Source: Patescibacteria group bacterium
Lineage (GTDB): Bacteria; Patescibacteriota; WWE3; UBA101185; 2-01-FULL-41-18
DNA length: 64,000 nt
Assembly: GCA_038064575.1 (NCBI GenBank)
Contig: JBBTST010000008.1
Span: forward strand, 2,458 to 66,457
Reading direction: 5' to 3'
Below, piece by piece: positions 10,348-20,211 of this stretch (position 1 is its first letter; every line of letters begins with the position of its first letter). A model generated the notes under the pieces. That model saw nothing but the letters and a program-made list of their open reading frames with translations, did no database searches and was not told the DNA's origin. The position numbers were made by a program, and so were the translations under genes.

Positions 10348-10454
10348 ATTTTACACACTTAGCGTTTAAAACCCCCGTGAACAGTGGGTCTGTACGCCTC
10401 AGCCAAAAGACACTCTTATACTTAGGTACCTAAAACAATATCAAACATCGCCCA

Positions 10455-10481
10455 TTAAAAAAAGCTCCTTCTGGGAGCTTT
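10455..10481 (-). terminator. Intrinsic terminator-like hairpin (AAAAAAAGCTCC-TTCTG-GGAGCTTT) in the leuS leader, downstream of the ArsR gene
   Basis: 6-bp GC-containing stem with 5-nt loop, flanked by an A-run and a T-run. On the minus strand it reads hairpin + U-tract. Confidence 0.4.
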
Positions 10482-10683
10482 AGCTAAAACGCACCAACAA
10501 GCCCCCACCTCTACACATCGGTAAGAAGAAGGAGACTCCTTAAATTAACTTTTGCCAATTTTGCAATAAAATCCAAGATCATACTTTATGGAAAAATACA
10601 CCGCTCTATCAACAAACACAACACTCAACAACGCTCTCACTTGCCTCAGCACTCTTGATGATTCAAGAAAGCCCGTAAAAGAT

Positions 10684-10950
10684 TTACTTGAGAATCTCTT
10701 TTTTAATATCGCCAAGAACAGTATCCACCTTTTCCCTATTTATTGCGTAATATACTTCTCTGCCTTTTTTATTACTTTTCAAGAACCCAATTCCTGCTAA
10801 AACCCTCAAGTGATGGGAAGCCAAGTTCTCCTCTACTTTCAAAGAGTTGGCTACTTCACCAACATTTTTTGAACCTCCGCTCAAGAGTGTTAGAATCTTG
10901 AGTCGATTCTTATCTGAAAACGCTTTTGATACTTTTGTTAGGTCAAACAT
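10684..10950 (-). CDS. ArsR/SmtB-family HTH transcriptional regulator
   Basis: 'NRLKILTLLSGGSKNVGEVANSLKVEENLASHHLRVLAGIGFLKSNKKGREVYYAIN' is a canonical ArsR wHTH. Confidence 0.8.
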   Translation of the reverse strand: MFDLTKVSKAFSDKNRLKILTLLSGGSKNVGEVANSLKVEENLASHHLRVLAGIGFLKSNKKGREVYYAINREKVDTVLGDIKKEILK

Positions 10951-11121
10951 ACGCTTACTCCTTTATCAAATTTTAATAATAATTATGAATAACAATACAA
11001 CTCCGGTTGAGTTTTTGCAAGTCCAAAAGTTTTTTGACCAATTTTATAAATTCTATTTCAGTAAGCCAAGCGCGTACAAACATCTTGACATTGTCTATAG
11101 GTTAAATATAATCCTTTTGGA

Positions 11122-11793
11122 ATGCCTGAAGAAAAAGAACAACTCATATCAATAGAAGAGCTAATCAAAAAAGCCAAAAAAAGAGGTGTTATATTTGGAA
11201 AAACTGATCCTTATAACAGACTCAGATATTATACTAAAATCTCCCTTCTCCCCCACATGGAAAGGCGCAAGGCAAAAAACGGTGACATAAAAGCTTTTTA
11301 CCCAGCCTCATCGCTTGAGAAATTGATAAAAATAGAATCGTTAAAGCTTCAAGGTCTTACAAATGAAGCAATCCTTGTGGAAATGGACAAAGAAGAAAAG
11401 TCCTTACTCAAAAATATTAAGGGCCACATCAATAGAAACAGCATACTGGGTACTCTAGTTCTTCTAGTATTAATCACCGTCCTATTAAACTCACAGGGCT
11501 TTATCAACTTGGGTAAAGAAACTAATCAGAAAATATTTAATCCGTATTACAATAAAGAACAAATCATACTTGATTCAGGAACGGCATCTATTAAAGCCGG
11601 TAGATCAAAATCTTTTGTGAAATCTAAGATTATTGGGGAAGACTCAAGCATTGAGATAGCTTTTAAAACTTCCATTCATCCCGCAACAAGTTTTTCAATT
11701 GACTCAAAAGTACCTGGTGAAGGTTTTGTTTTGACTCTTGATTCGCAAACCGCACAGGATTCTCAGTTCTCCTGGTGGATAAGCCAAAAATAA
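11122..11793 (+). CDS. Hypothetical single-pass membrane protein
   Basis: 223-aa ORF. One TM helix (LGTLVLLVLITVLL) separates a basic N-terminal region from a C-terminal domain. No recognisable motif. Confidence 0.4.
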   Translation: MPEEKEQLISIEELIKKAKKRGVIFGKTDPYNRLRYYTKISLLPHMERRKAKNGDIKAFYPASSLEKLIKIESLKLQGLTNEAILVEMDKEEKSLLKNIKGHINRNSILGTLVLLVLITVLLNSQGFINLGKETNQKIFNPYYNKEQIILDSGTASIKAGRSKSFVKSKIIGEDSSIEIAFKTSIHPATSFSIDSKVPGEGFVLTLDSQTAQDSQFSWWISQK

Positions 11794-11963
11794 CCCCAAT
11801 TTCCGTAACGGAAATAAAACTCTTGACATTTAATAACACCTGTATCTATCATTTAACCAGCCAAAATTAAATTTGTATCTTTAGTTTGGTCTGTAAAAGT
11901 GTTTGAAGCTTGCCCCTCATGCACAAAAGTAGTGCATCAGAGAACACAGCTTGAAAGGAAACA

Positions 11964-14186
11964 ATGAAACAAAAGTATCTTCCTGTATTAAATAGAACGG
12001 TAACAACCCTTATTACCGCTCTTGTATTCTTATTGCCAGTATTTTTCCTACCTGTTACCACAGAATTCTTTGAATTTAACAAGCTTGCTTTAACCTCAGG
12101 AGTAACACTTGCAATTCTTGCTCTGTGGGCTCTCAAAATGATCATTGAGGGAAAAGTAGAAATAGTAAAAGCCCCGGTTAATATACCTATGATCCTTTTA
12201 CTCGTTGCCTACGGAGCATCTACTTATTTCTCAATAGACAAATATTCAAGCTTGATGGGAAGTTATGGGAGATGGGGCGGGAGTCTTTTCCTAACTATTC
12301 TTTTGACTCTTCTCTACTTTGCGGTAAGTTCAAATATCAAAACAAAAGAGGATGTTAAAAGAACAATGTTTGCCTTTATACTTGGTGCAAGCATCTCTTC
12401 ACTCATAGTTACCTTAACTTTTTTTGGCTTAAAACTTGGCGGAGCCGGGTTTTTGCAGATCAGAAACTTCACTCTTACAGGGTCTTCAACTCTAGCATCG
12501 GCAGTAGCTGCCCTAGCTTCAGTCACAGCTCTTGGAATGCTTTTTGATACACAAAACAAAAAGGCAAGAATTCTTTTGAGTACCCTTGCGCTATTAAACT
12601 TTTTACCGGTAACTTTTGTGGGCGTCTTTTCTTCTTGGGTACTTTTTGTAGTTTCATTAGCAGCGTTGATGGTTTTTACCTCTGCTGAAAGAATAAGAGC
12701 CTCCAACAGATTATTGGGAATAGTTTTTGGAGTTATGGTTCTCTTTGGTGTGTTATTTAGTATCCCAGGACTAAAGTCGGCTTTAAGACTACCAACTGAT
12801 TACCCAAAAGAGCTTAAACTAGGTCTTAGACCTTCTTGGATAATCACATCCTCAAGCCTTAGAGATTTTCCAATCCAAGGATCAGGTCCAAGTACATTCT
12901 ATTTAAACTTTTCTCACTACAGACCACTTGGGCTAAACGCAAGTGATACCTGGAATGTGAGATTCGATAAGCCTTTTAATGAGCTTTTAGAGGTCACAGC
13001 TACTCTTGGAATAGCCGGACTTCTAATATTTGTCTTGTTTGCAGTAAAAACTTTAAAGCTTGTAAGAAACACAGATACTTCAGGTGTAAACGCAGCTTTA
13101 AGCGCGGGTGTGGTAGGAATATTGGTTTTCTTCCTGTTTTCACACTCTTACGTCCTCCTAAGCGTACTTCTATACCTATTCATTGGTCTTCTTGTCTCAT
13201 ATATGCAGGCGCTTGACTCCAACAGCCTTGCCGCAAATATGCTTGTTGAGAGCGCAATTATCAGTTTTGCAATATCCGGAAGCCAAACCAATGTAACTAC
13301 CAAAACTGTATCTATTATTTTTGCCGTGCCCTTGATGCTTGTAGCAGTTGCGGGAGCGTATTTCACAGGAAGGACGTACGCAGGCGAGGTCATGATGAGA
13401 AGAGCTATACAAGCAGCTCAAACAAATGGTGCTCAGGCATTATTTGCAAATCAGAGAGCTGCCATTAGATTAAATCCTTATATAGGCGCTTATCATGCAT
13501 CATTTGCACAGACAAACTTTTTGGTTGCCAACGCTCTTGCAGCAAGTAAAAAGCAGGAAGAATTAACAGATCAAGACAGGAGGAACATTCAAACATTAAT
13601 AGGAGCGGCTATTCAGGAAACAAGAGTTACAACAGAACTGTTAAGCAAAACAAATCCCGCCAACTGGGAACAAAGAGGCAGACTCTACTCCCTACTAACA
13701 GGTGTTGCAAAAGACGCAGACACCTGGTCTACCGCATCTTACACAAGAGCAATAGAGCTTGATCCAACCAATCCAATCTTAAGAGTAAGCCTTGGAGGAG
13801 TGTTCTTTACAGCTAAAAACTTTGATCAGGCTGAGAGGCATTTCAGAGCGGCAACATCTTTGAAACCGGATTATGCAAACGCTCATTACAATCTTGCGCA
13901 GGCACTAAAAGCAAATAAGAAATATGTGGATGCTGTAACTGAAATGCAGATAGTTCTTAGGTTAATTCCACAAGATGGAGAGGACGCTAAAAGAGCAAAT
14001 GACGAGTTGGCAGCCCTTAAAGCAATGCCTGAAGTTGCCGGAGCGCAAGACAACAAACCCTCAGTTAATGACATCCAAGGCAACGGAGGAAAGCCAACTA
14101 AACAGGAAAATCTAACTAACCCTGCAACCAGACCTAATCCCTCTATCACGGAAGCAACGGCCTCCTTAAAGCCCGCAGGTCAGTAA
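11964..14186 (+). CDS. O-antigen ligase/polymerase-like (Wzy_C-type) polytopic membrane protein with C-terminal TPR repeats
   Basis: More than 10 TM helices followed by TPR units ('YANAHYNLAQALKANKKYVDAVTEMQIVLRLIP'). Confidence 0.55.
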   Translation: MKQKYLPVLNRTVTTLITALVFLLPVFFLPVTTEFFEFNKLALTSGVTLAILALWALKMIIEGKVEIVKAPVNIPMILLLVAYGASTYFSIDKYSSLMGSYGRWGGSLFLTILLTLLYFAVSSNIKTKEDVKRTMFAFILGASISSLIVTLTFFGLKLGGAGFLQIRNFTLTGSSTLASAVAALASVTALGMLFDTQNKKARILLSTLALLNFLPVTFVGVFSSWVLFVVSLAALMVFTSAERIRASNRLLGIVFGVMVLFGVLFSIPGLKSALRLPTDYPKELKLGLRPSWIITSSSLRDFPIQGSGPSTFYLNFSHYRPLGLNASDTWNVRFDKPFNELLEVTATLGIAGLLIFVLFAVKTLKLVRNTDTSGVNAALSAGVVGILVFFLFSHSYVLLSVLLYLFIGLLVSYMQALDSNSLAANMLVESAIISFAISGSQTNVTTKTVSIIFAVPLMLVAVAGAYFTGRTYAGEVMMRRAIQAAQTNGAQALFANQRAAIRLNPYIGAYHASFAQTNFLVANALAASKKQEELTDQDRRNIQTLIGAAIQETRVTTELLSKTNPANWEQRGRLYSLLTGVAKDADTWSTASYTRAIELDPTNPILRVSLGGVFFTAKNFDQAERHFRAATSLKPDYANAHYNLAQALKANKKYVDAVTEMQIVLRLIPQDGEDAKRANDELAALKAMPEVAGAQDNKPSVNDIQGNGGKPTKQENLTNPATRPNPSITEATASLKPAGQ

Positions 14187-14231
14187 GACCCGACCAAATA
14201 GATGGCGCATCTAAAACTCAATATTGACAAC

Positions 14232-14272
14232 AAAAAGACCCCGCCTTTAACGCGGGGTCTTTCTTTGATTTT
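14232..14272. terminator. Bidirectional intrinsic terminator between convergent genes
   Basis: AAAAA-GACCCCGC-CTTTAAC-GCGGGGTC-TTTCTTTGATTTT: an 8-bp GC stem flanked by A-run and T-run. Confidence 0.65.
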
Positions 14273-14290
14273 CATGAAAATCCAAATAAA

Positions 14291-14596
14291 TTAAGCGTTT
14301 CTGCTTGCTTTATAGCAGTTTTCACACAAAACCGGCTTGTCTCCTTTTGGAACAAAAGGAACCTGAGCCTCACCACCACAGTTTGAACATGTGGTTGTGT
14401 ACATTTCACGCTCTCTTCTAGGACCACCAAATCCACCTCTTCCACCTCTTACTTCATTCTTTCTTGCCTGTCTACATTCTTTACATCTTTTAGGTTCGTT
14501 TGAAAAACCTTTCTGAGCGTAAAATTCCTGCTCGGCAGCCGTAAATACAAACTGCTTACCACAGGATTCGCAAACTAATGTTTTATCTTGAAACAT
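14291..14596 (-). CDS. Small zinc-ribbon protein (CxxC...F.F...EQEFY..KGF...PKRCKECR; zf-trcl-like, inferred)
   Basis: 'CESCGKQFVFTAAEQEFYAQKGFSNEPKRCKECR' plus a second 'CSNCGG...CENC' ribbon. A Gly/Arg-rich linker lies between them. Confidence 0.55.
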   Translation of the reverse strand: MFQDKTLVCESCGKQFVFTAAEQEFYAQKGFSNEPKRCKECRQARKNEVRGGRGGFGGPRREREMYTTTCSNCGGEAQVPFVPKGDKPVLCENCYKASRNA

Positions 14597-14761
14597 GTGT
14601 TAATAATTCACCTCCTTTGACAATTCCCCGCTCTTCCTTAAAAAACCGCCGGGAAATGCCAAAGGCAAATCTAAGGGTTAAGAATATCCGGGTAAATATA
14701 CTGCGTGGAGTATAACACAAAACTAGCCGGGCAGACAAAACCCACTTCAAACAGTAAAGAT

Positions 14762-14816
14762 TTATGAATGAGTTTTTAGAATCCACGCCTTCTCAAAAGT
14801 GAATTCCAAAAATCCC
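14762..14816. repeat. Copy 1 of a ~55-nt intergenic repeat family (TTATGAATG.GTTTTTAGAATCCAC...GTGAATTCCAAAAATCCC)
   Basis: Aligned by eye with copies at 16187, 20619 and 25365. Confidence 0.6.
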
Positions 14817-15133
14817 GCTACTAAACCTCAAACAAAGTTTAGTAGCCGCTAAGACCAAAAGGTCTTGCAGGTTTCCTGTCCTCAAATAACTTGAGTCATC
14901 TCCTTTGCGCCGCGGAGAAAGATTCGTTGTCTTGTCATCAAACTTACATTTCACAATTAAGTTTGATCCAGCGGTGGTCCTGAGCCCATTTTGTCTCAAG
15001 TTTGTACCTTGCCGCGCTTCAGCATGACCTTCCTCAAGGTCAAACTACAACCTGCCTAACTCTGAGGTTTTACCGGTACTAATTGGGCGAGTTAGATTCC
15101 CAATGTTTCCTGCCTGGCATCCAGGGCTTTTTA

Positions 15134-15394
15134 CTACCTTAACCCAAGCCTCTCTAGGTATCTCATCCCTTCGAGATCATAGTTTTCACAAGCTTGGTTT
15201 GCACAACAGCTTGTAAAAAACCTCCCATCCAAGTAAACCTTCATCCACGCCTTACCGCAGATAAGGCAGGACAGTTCTACCGGGTGGGTTACCAAGACAC
15301 CCTTAACATCACTGTTAGGGCACCCAGGGATTGAGCATCTGGCACCGTCATAGCCCAAACTGCCACCACAACCCAAACAAAAATAGTCTGCCAT
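15134..15394 (-). CDS. Small Cys-rich (putative metal-binding) protein
   Basis: 86 aa with CxxC pairs (CLGCGG, CSIPGCPN, CLICG, CCANQAC). GC-rich codon usage. Confidence 0.35.
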   Translation of the reverse strand: MADYFCLGCGGSLGYDGARCSIPGCPNSDVKGVLVTHPVELSCLICGKAWMKVYLDGRFFTSCCANQACENYDLEGMRYLERLGLR

Positions 15395-15544
15395 TTTAGT
15401 CTCCTTTCTTTTGAGAACCGGGCAATGGCTTAGCCCGCCTCAAAAGTACCCTATCGCTCTAACGTAGCGGCCTTTTACACAAACGTTAGAAATTCCCCAT
15501 CAATGCTTATAAGCCTTCTGATGGGTAGATAGGTATGTTGACTC

Positions 15545-16132
15545 TCAAAGGTATATAATTTTAGGGCGAATAAACCTTGAAATTTCCGCACCAAGGTCAA
15601 GCAGAGTGTGTAAAATCATGGCGTTGATCAAGCCATAATTTAAGACCACCACCCAGCATAAAGCCCCAATGAAGAAGGCATTAGCAACTCTCACAAAACC
15701 TCCATGCCCATAGCGATGGCCCATGGCAAAGTACACAAGGGCAATGAGAACTGCAACCCAAAAGCTTTTCACCCCAACCAACTGCAATAGGGAGAAAAAA
15801 GCCAATGGAGTTAGCCATCTGTCCGCAACCTCTTCCAAAACTCCGTGCATTACTGCCCGGGTGAAGAGTGCGAACGCCACAAAACCGATTCCCCTACCCT
15901 TAGGAACTCGGATCTCTTTTCGCGTTTTGATGGGATAATTGGTAGCCACCCCATACAAAAGCACAAAAAGAAACGTGGCAATGAGTGGAAGATCAACCCC
16001 TGTCCACATAGGGATTTCCACTTTCTGACCCCCAAATAGCGCAAGGATCAGAATCGCCGCGGGAATCTCCAGAAAAGCCAATGGCATTTCCGAAAGACAT
16101 CCCCTCAAGAGATGTTTCATTCTTTCCTCCAA
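15545..16132 (-). CDS. CPBP-family (CAAX/Abi-like) intramembrane metalloprotease
   Basis: Motifs occur in order: EExxxR 'LEEVADRW', FxxxH 'FAMGH', HxxxD 'HTLLD'. About 5 TM helices. Confidence 0.6.
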   Translation of the reverse strand: MEERMKHLLRGCLSEMPLAFLEIPAAILILALFGGQKVEIPMWTGVDLPLIATFLFVLLYGVATNYPIKTRKEIRVPKGRGIGFVAFALFTRAVMHGVLEEVADRWLTPLAFFSLLQLVGVKSFWVAVLIALVYFAMGHRYGHGGFVRVANAFFIGALCWVVVLNYGLINAMILHTLLDLGAEISRFIRPKIIYL

Positions 16133-16186
16133 GATTCGCCTGCCTTTTAAGGTTCAGGAGTTACGATCTTCATTCACAAACTCTTG

Positions 16187-16239
16187 CTTGTGAACGGGTT
16201 TTTGGAACCCACCTCCTATCTAGGTGAGCCCCAAAAACC
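16187..16239. repeat. Copy 2 of the ~55-nt intergenic repeat family (immediately upstream of the CPBP gene)
   Basis: CTTGTGAACGGGTTTTTGGAACCCACC...GGTGAGCCCCAAAAACC. Confidence 0.55.
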
Positions 16240-16274
16240 TTGTCATACATCCAAATTTGTGTTAGGTTTTACCC

Positions 16275-16481
16275 ATGATCTCAAGCAAAGTAAAGTTAAC
16301 TAAAATCGAGCAGGAACTCATTCTCCTCAAATCTTTCATAATTGGCTTAGCCGGAAAAGATAATGAAGGCGCTTACCGTCAAGAATTTGTCAAAAAAACT
16401 CTTGAGAGTCTTTCTGAAACACCCAAACGCGAATTTTCCGATTCCAAGTCATTCCTCCGACAAATCTCTGAATCAAAATGA
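16275..16481 (+). CDS. Putative antitoxin partner of a degraded RelE module
   Basis: 68-aa ORF whose stop overlaps the toxin ATG (ATGA at 16478-16481). Confidence 0.4.
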   Translation: MISSKVKLTKIEQELILLKSFIIGLAGKDNEGAYRQEFVKKTLESLSETPKREFSDSKSFLRQISESK

Positions 16482-16744
16482 TTAAAGTTGTTTATTCCGA
16501 CTCATTTGTCAATTCCGCAAAAAAGCTCCCCAAACAACAAAAAGAAAAACTTTCAAAACTCCTTGTGCTTCTTACAGAAAACCCTTTCCATCCTCTACTC
16601 CACTCTAAACCCCTAGTTGGACAATTAGCGGGCCTATATTCATTTAGGATAACCTGAGAGTACAGGGTTATTTTTAGCTTCAATAATCCTCACAAAATTA
16701 AGCTCGTTAGCCTTGGTCATAGGAAGGAAATTTATAAACACTAA
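16478..16744 (+). pseudogene. RelE/ParE-family toxin interrupted by an in-frame TGA (codon 60, 16655-16657)
   Basis: Translation MIKVVYSDSFVNSAKKLPKQQKEKLSKLLVLLTENPFHPLLHSKPLVGQLAGLYSFRIT*EYRVIFSFNNPHKIKLVSLGHRKEIYKH*. The RelE signature 'YSFRI..YRVIF...I.L..GHRKEIY' is split by the stop. A CGA->TGA change is the most plausible cause. Confidence 0.6.
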
Positions 16745-17873
16745 CGCGTTTCGCTCTTTTGCGATTTGCTTAAATTTTGCAAGCAAACCGAGCTCATCAG
16801 ACTTGGCACACACCAAGTTACGCGTGACCTAGGTTGAGCATTAGCAAAAAGCTACCTCTCAACCCAAGCCGCAAATGTTTTTTTATTATTCCCTGTCATG
16901 GCGGAAAAGGAGTTTTCTCTCCAAAACTAGCTTCAGTAGACCGCTCGCACTAAAAAGCACACAGCATCTGAAACCTTTCTCCAAACTTTTTATAGAGTTT
17001 ATCCCTCTAACCACGGAAAATATTCGCCTTTCGCGGTTACCTTCACATCACGCGCTACTGACACGACTTCAAGAAGGGTTTTGCGCGAGAAATATTCTTT
17101 ATCCCATGAGCCCTTAACCTCCCACTGATCGTAGGGGTTGACCCAAAGATAAAGAGTTTTCTCTTCCCCGACTCTTGTTATTACAAAAGCCTGGGTTTCG
17201 AACATGCACCCTGTCCTCAACGCCGTGAAGAGGCTAAGGTACGTGTTCTGGCTGTCCAACCACAAATCCAGGGACAGACTGGAGCAGTCGAGTTTGGTAA
17301 GCATGGTTTTTTAAACCTCCTGCTTAACCCTTGTTCTACCACCTCTCAAATCCTAGTATGGGAACTTTGCTTCTGATCCACACTAAAGCACTCGTGTGTG
17401 GCCCAGTTATAGATCCGTCCGTTCGGACAATCCAGAACTCATCCGCCTCAAACAGCCACTGCATTAGAGATTCTGGGAAAATGTCCGTATGAATTTCGTC
17501 ATATATCCCACCGTTCCGAAGGACAGCCTGTGGGCTTCCTTTGGAGGCGTACTCTCTCGCTTTCGCAAAAGCAGCCTCCCTAGTTAGAATATAACTTGCC
17601 ATCTTAATATCCTCCTTTTGAGGACTATTCTCCCAGATCAGTAACAGCCCTTAAGCGTTTACCAACTCAGGATTTTTGCTACGCAGCTTGAGCGATGATT
17701 TCAAGTTGCGGGGCCCGACCTTTGCCGTTTAACTTCAAGCCTCTTTGAGACAACCCATTATTTCACTTTAGTCCTACAAAAATCATCGTAGGCCTTAAAC
17801 ATAAATGAAAACTAGCGTTATCCCAAAATATTTGAAAGTAGCAACCCAAATCCAAAACAGCAGAAATGTTAAA

Positions 17874-18311
17874 TTAGACCAGATCAGAAAGCAGCACTAC
17901 ACCTTGAGTTTTAAAATGTCTGTCAAAGGTAAAAACACAATCAATCCCAAACCTCTTCTCTCTAGCAATAACAAAACTCACACAATCAACAAAAGATACA
18001 TTCTTAGACTTAATCCTCTTAAAAACCTCTATCGCCTTGTAAAAGATAATTTCTTCTACAAACAAAAGTTCTATATTCACAATTTCAGAAATAAGTCTGA
18101 GGGCAAAGTCCTTACCCACCTTCATAGCTATCACAGTTATACTTTCGCCAACAATCTCGGATGTAGTCACAAGCCTTGCATCAGATGGAAGACTGGCAAA
18201 CATGTTGGCAGCTTGCTTATGGGTTGGGTCATTCTTGTCGTAAAGAGCCACAAAAATATTCGTATCTATTAATACTGTGAGCTTAGCTCTCCTTTTTGCT
18301 GAAATCGCCAT
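17874..18311 (-). CDS. PIN-domain toxin (VapC-like)
   Basis: 'LTVLIDTNIFVAL', '...SFVDCVSFVIAREKRFGIDCVFTFDRHF': PIN acidic residues in order. The ORF is extended upstream; the likely start is at Met22. Confidence 0.7.
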   Translation of the reverse strand: MAISAKRRAKLTVLIDTNIFVALYDKNDPTHKQAANMFASLPSDARLVTTSEIVGESITVIAMKVGKDFALRLISEIVNIELLFVEEIIFYKAIEVFKRIKSKNVSFVDCVSFVIAREKRFGIDCVFTFDRHFKTQGVVLLSDLV

Positions 18312-18546
18312 ACGCATATCTGTCATATTCGCTGTTCCCGGGCCCATATCCTGCATTTTTAACCATCCGCTCAACTATTTCCTTGGGGGTTAGCATCTTT
18401 TTAGCCTCTTTAGCTTGAACATCTTCAAGTTTTTCTGCTAATAACACCCGCACAAGCTCGGACATAGAGGTATTTCTTTTGCGAGAAAGCGTGTATAAAG
18501 CGCTTTTTAATTGCTTATCCAGCATTATCTGAGATCTCTGTAACAT
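18283..18546 (-). CDS. Ribbon-helix-helix antitoxin (VapB-like)
   Basis: 'IMLDKQLKSALYTLSRKRNTSMSELVRVLLAEKLE' is an RHH fold signature. It lies upstream of and overlaps the PIN gene. Confidence 0.5.
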   Translation of the reverse strand: MLQRSQIMLDKQLKSALYTLSRKRNTSMSELVRVLLAEKLEDVQAKEAKKMLTPKEIVERMVKNAGYGPGNSEYDRYAYGDFSKKES

Positions 18547-18762
18547 ATACACAACTTTATTACACAACAGCCTATACGTCAAGACTAAACTATCACAAAC
18601 CTCTTTGAGGCAACCCAGTATTCTCACTTATATTTAGGCTAACAAGTTCTATTTATTGGCTTAGCACTCAAAATGAAAACTAGCGTTGTCACAAACTAAT
18701 ATATTAAAAACAGACGGTGGTGTTAGCTTGTACTAAAAACTTACTAGCACCACCGTTTAAAC

Positions 18763-19662
18763 TTATTCTAAGGATGGTAAATTCCCAAGGTGATACACCG
18801 ACCAATTGGTCAATGTCACCTCGAAGCCATCCCTCTCCCCACTATCGCGAAGGGCTTGAAGAACCTGCCCTGCTGCGACCGTGGAACCCCCGGGAAACTC
18901 GATACGTACTTCCCTCAGGAGGTATAGGAAATGCTCGAGGGTCAGGTCTCCTGGAGCAGAATACCATCCGAGGTGTATTCTCCGACCTGAGCTCTCAGTT
19001 ACGATGAGAGTCGGCCATCCAGCGGCATTAAAATAAACGCTCGGGCCTGAGAATGGGCCTGCAATGAACTCCCCTTCACCCCACTTAGAGAAGAACTCCA
19101 CCAGTTTCTCCCGGTCCCAAAGTGCTTCCAGGGTCGGGATATCGAAGACCTTCCGCAGGGCCTCATACAAAGCCGCGCGGTCGCCTCCATGGTAAGGAGC
19201 GTTCCCTTGCCGAGCAATGATACTCAACACTTTGGTCTGAGGCCAAAGATCGGCCATGCACCCCACCGCCTCGTCTGCCTGAATCGCTCCTGACCCAACT
19301 TTCACACAGGTCAGGAAAAAATCCCGCACCAACTCGGCCTCTTTCTGATACCCTAAACCCGGTTGATTAAACTTCCGAGCCAGGAGACCAAAAGTAATGC
19401 CGGCGTCTTCAAGAGCTTTAGCTCCATTCGCAGCGGTTTTGACCAAATCCTTGATAACATTGAGTGGTGAGCACTCGAGCCACACAACTTGCGGAAAACC
19501 AAACACCTGCGGCTGCATATTAAAGGCTGCCAAGGCATAGGTTACCCCACGGTCGAGCACTTTCACCTCGGCCAGGGGACCCATGGAACTCCCAAGGAAC
19601 GCATTAAACTTCCGGAGAAAGGAGGGCTCAAACGCCCTGATTGGAATCATCTTTACCTCCAT
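18763..19662 (-). CDS. Hypothetical protein (GC-rich island)
   Basis: 299-aa ORF with GC-rich codon usage and no motif I recognise. Confidence 0.4.
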   Translation of the reverse strand: MEVKMIPIRAFEPSFLRKFNAFLGSSMGPLAEVKVLDRGVTYALAAFNMQPQVFGFPQVVWLECSPLNVIKDLVKTAANGAKALEDAGITFGLLARKFNQPGLGYQKEAELVRDFFLTCVKVGSGAIQADEAVGCMADLWPQTKVLSIIARQGNAPYHGGDRAALYEALRKVFDIPTLEALWDREKLVEFFSKWGEGEFIAGPFSGPSVYFNAAGWPTLIVTESSGRRIHLGWYSAPGDLTLEHFLYLLREVRIEFPGGSTVAAGQVLQALRDSGERDGFEVTLTNWSVYHLGNLPSLE

Positions 19663-20211
19663 TTTTGGTTACAACCTATCCAAAAGATGAGAATGGATAA
19701 GAGGTTTCTTGCCTTGTTTGTTTCCTGCCTTACGGTCAGGTGTCTAAGACAAAACAAAGATTTGGCTTTGCACCTAGTTCTTTGGGTCTCCCCGCTTCAG
19801 AACAAGCCTCTTTTTTCGTAAGATATACGCTCCAAAATTCAGGAGCATCTGAGCTCAATATTTCAAAAAACACTAAATGTTGAATCCAAATGTTCCCGCC
19901 TAACCTTGATATTGAAAAATAAACTTCACATTCTTCAAAGTTAGGCTTCAGTAATTTTGCAATAAGTATGCAAAGATTTCTGAAAATACTACTCTGAGAC
20001 CCTTAGATCTTTTATCACGACGGAAGAAGATCTAGCCTCGCATTGGTTACCCAACACACAATCCAAACAGGCGTAGTTCACCTGACGTCTTTTGAACGCT
20101 GGACTATGCGGAAACCCAGGTTTTTTTACCAGCCGTTAGCCGGTTCGCATCCTGCTCTGCGAATTAAACCTAAACTCTAAGCCTTTACGGTTCATAAAAG
20201 CTTGGCCCTAA

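Noticed and set aside
10588-11155. ORFs 10588..10800 (+) and 10847..11155 (+) overlapping the ArsR gene region.
   Set aside because: They overlap the convincingly HTH-encoding minus-strand ArsR ORF or the intergenic region, and have low-complexity translations. They are not called.
14600-15133. Possible RNase P RNA, tmRNA or SRP RNA in the ~500-nt ORF-poor stretch between the zinc-ribbon gene and the Cys-rich protein gene.
   Set aside because: On either strand I could not find the conserved blocks GGAAAGUCCGGGC / AGGGUGAAA / ACAGAAnCCGGCUUA (RNase P) or a tRNA-like 3' end with CCA (tmRNA). The region instead contains copy 1 of the island repeat family.
16655-16657. In-frame TGA in the RelE toxin as evidence of genetic code 25 (TGA=Gly), as in some CPR lineages.
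   Set aside because: Conserved genes here (for example the histidine kinase at 7061-7063) terminate at TGA with normal lengths, and none of the long conserved ORFs needs TGA read-through. The stop is therefore best explained as a CGA->TGA nonsense mutation (pseudogene).
18763-19662. Possible integrase or DNA glycosylase identity for the 299-aa island protein.
   Set aside because: No catalytic motif of either family could be located in the translation. It is kept as a hypothetical protein.
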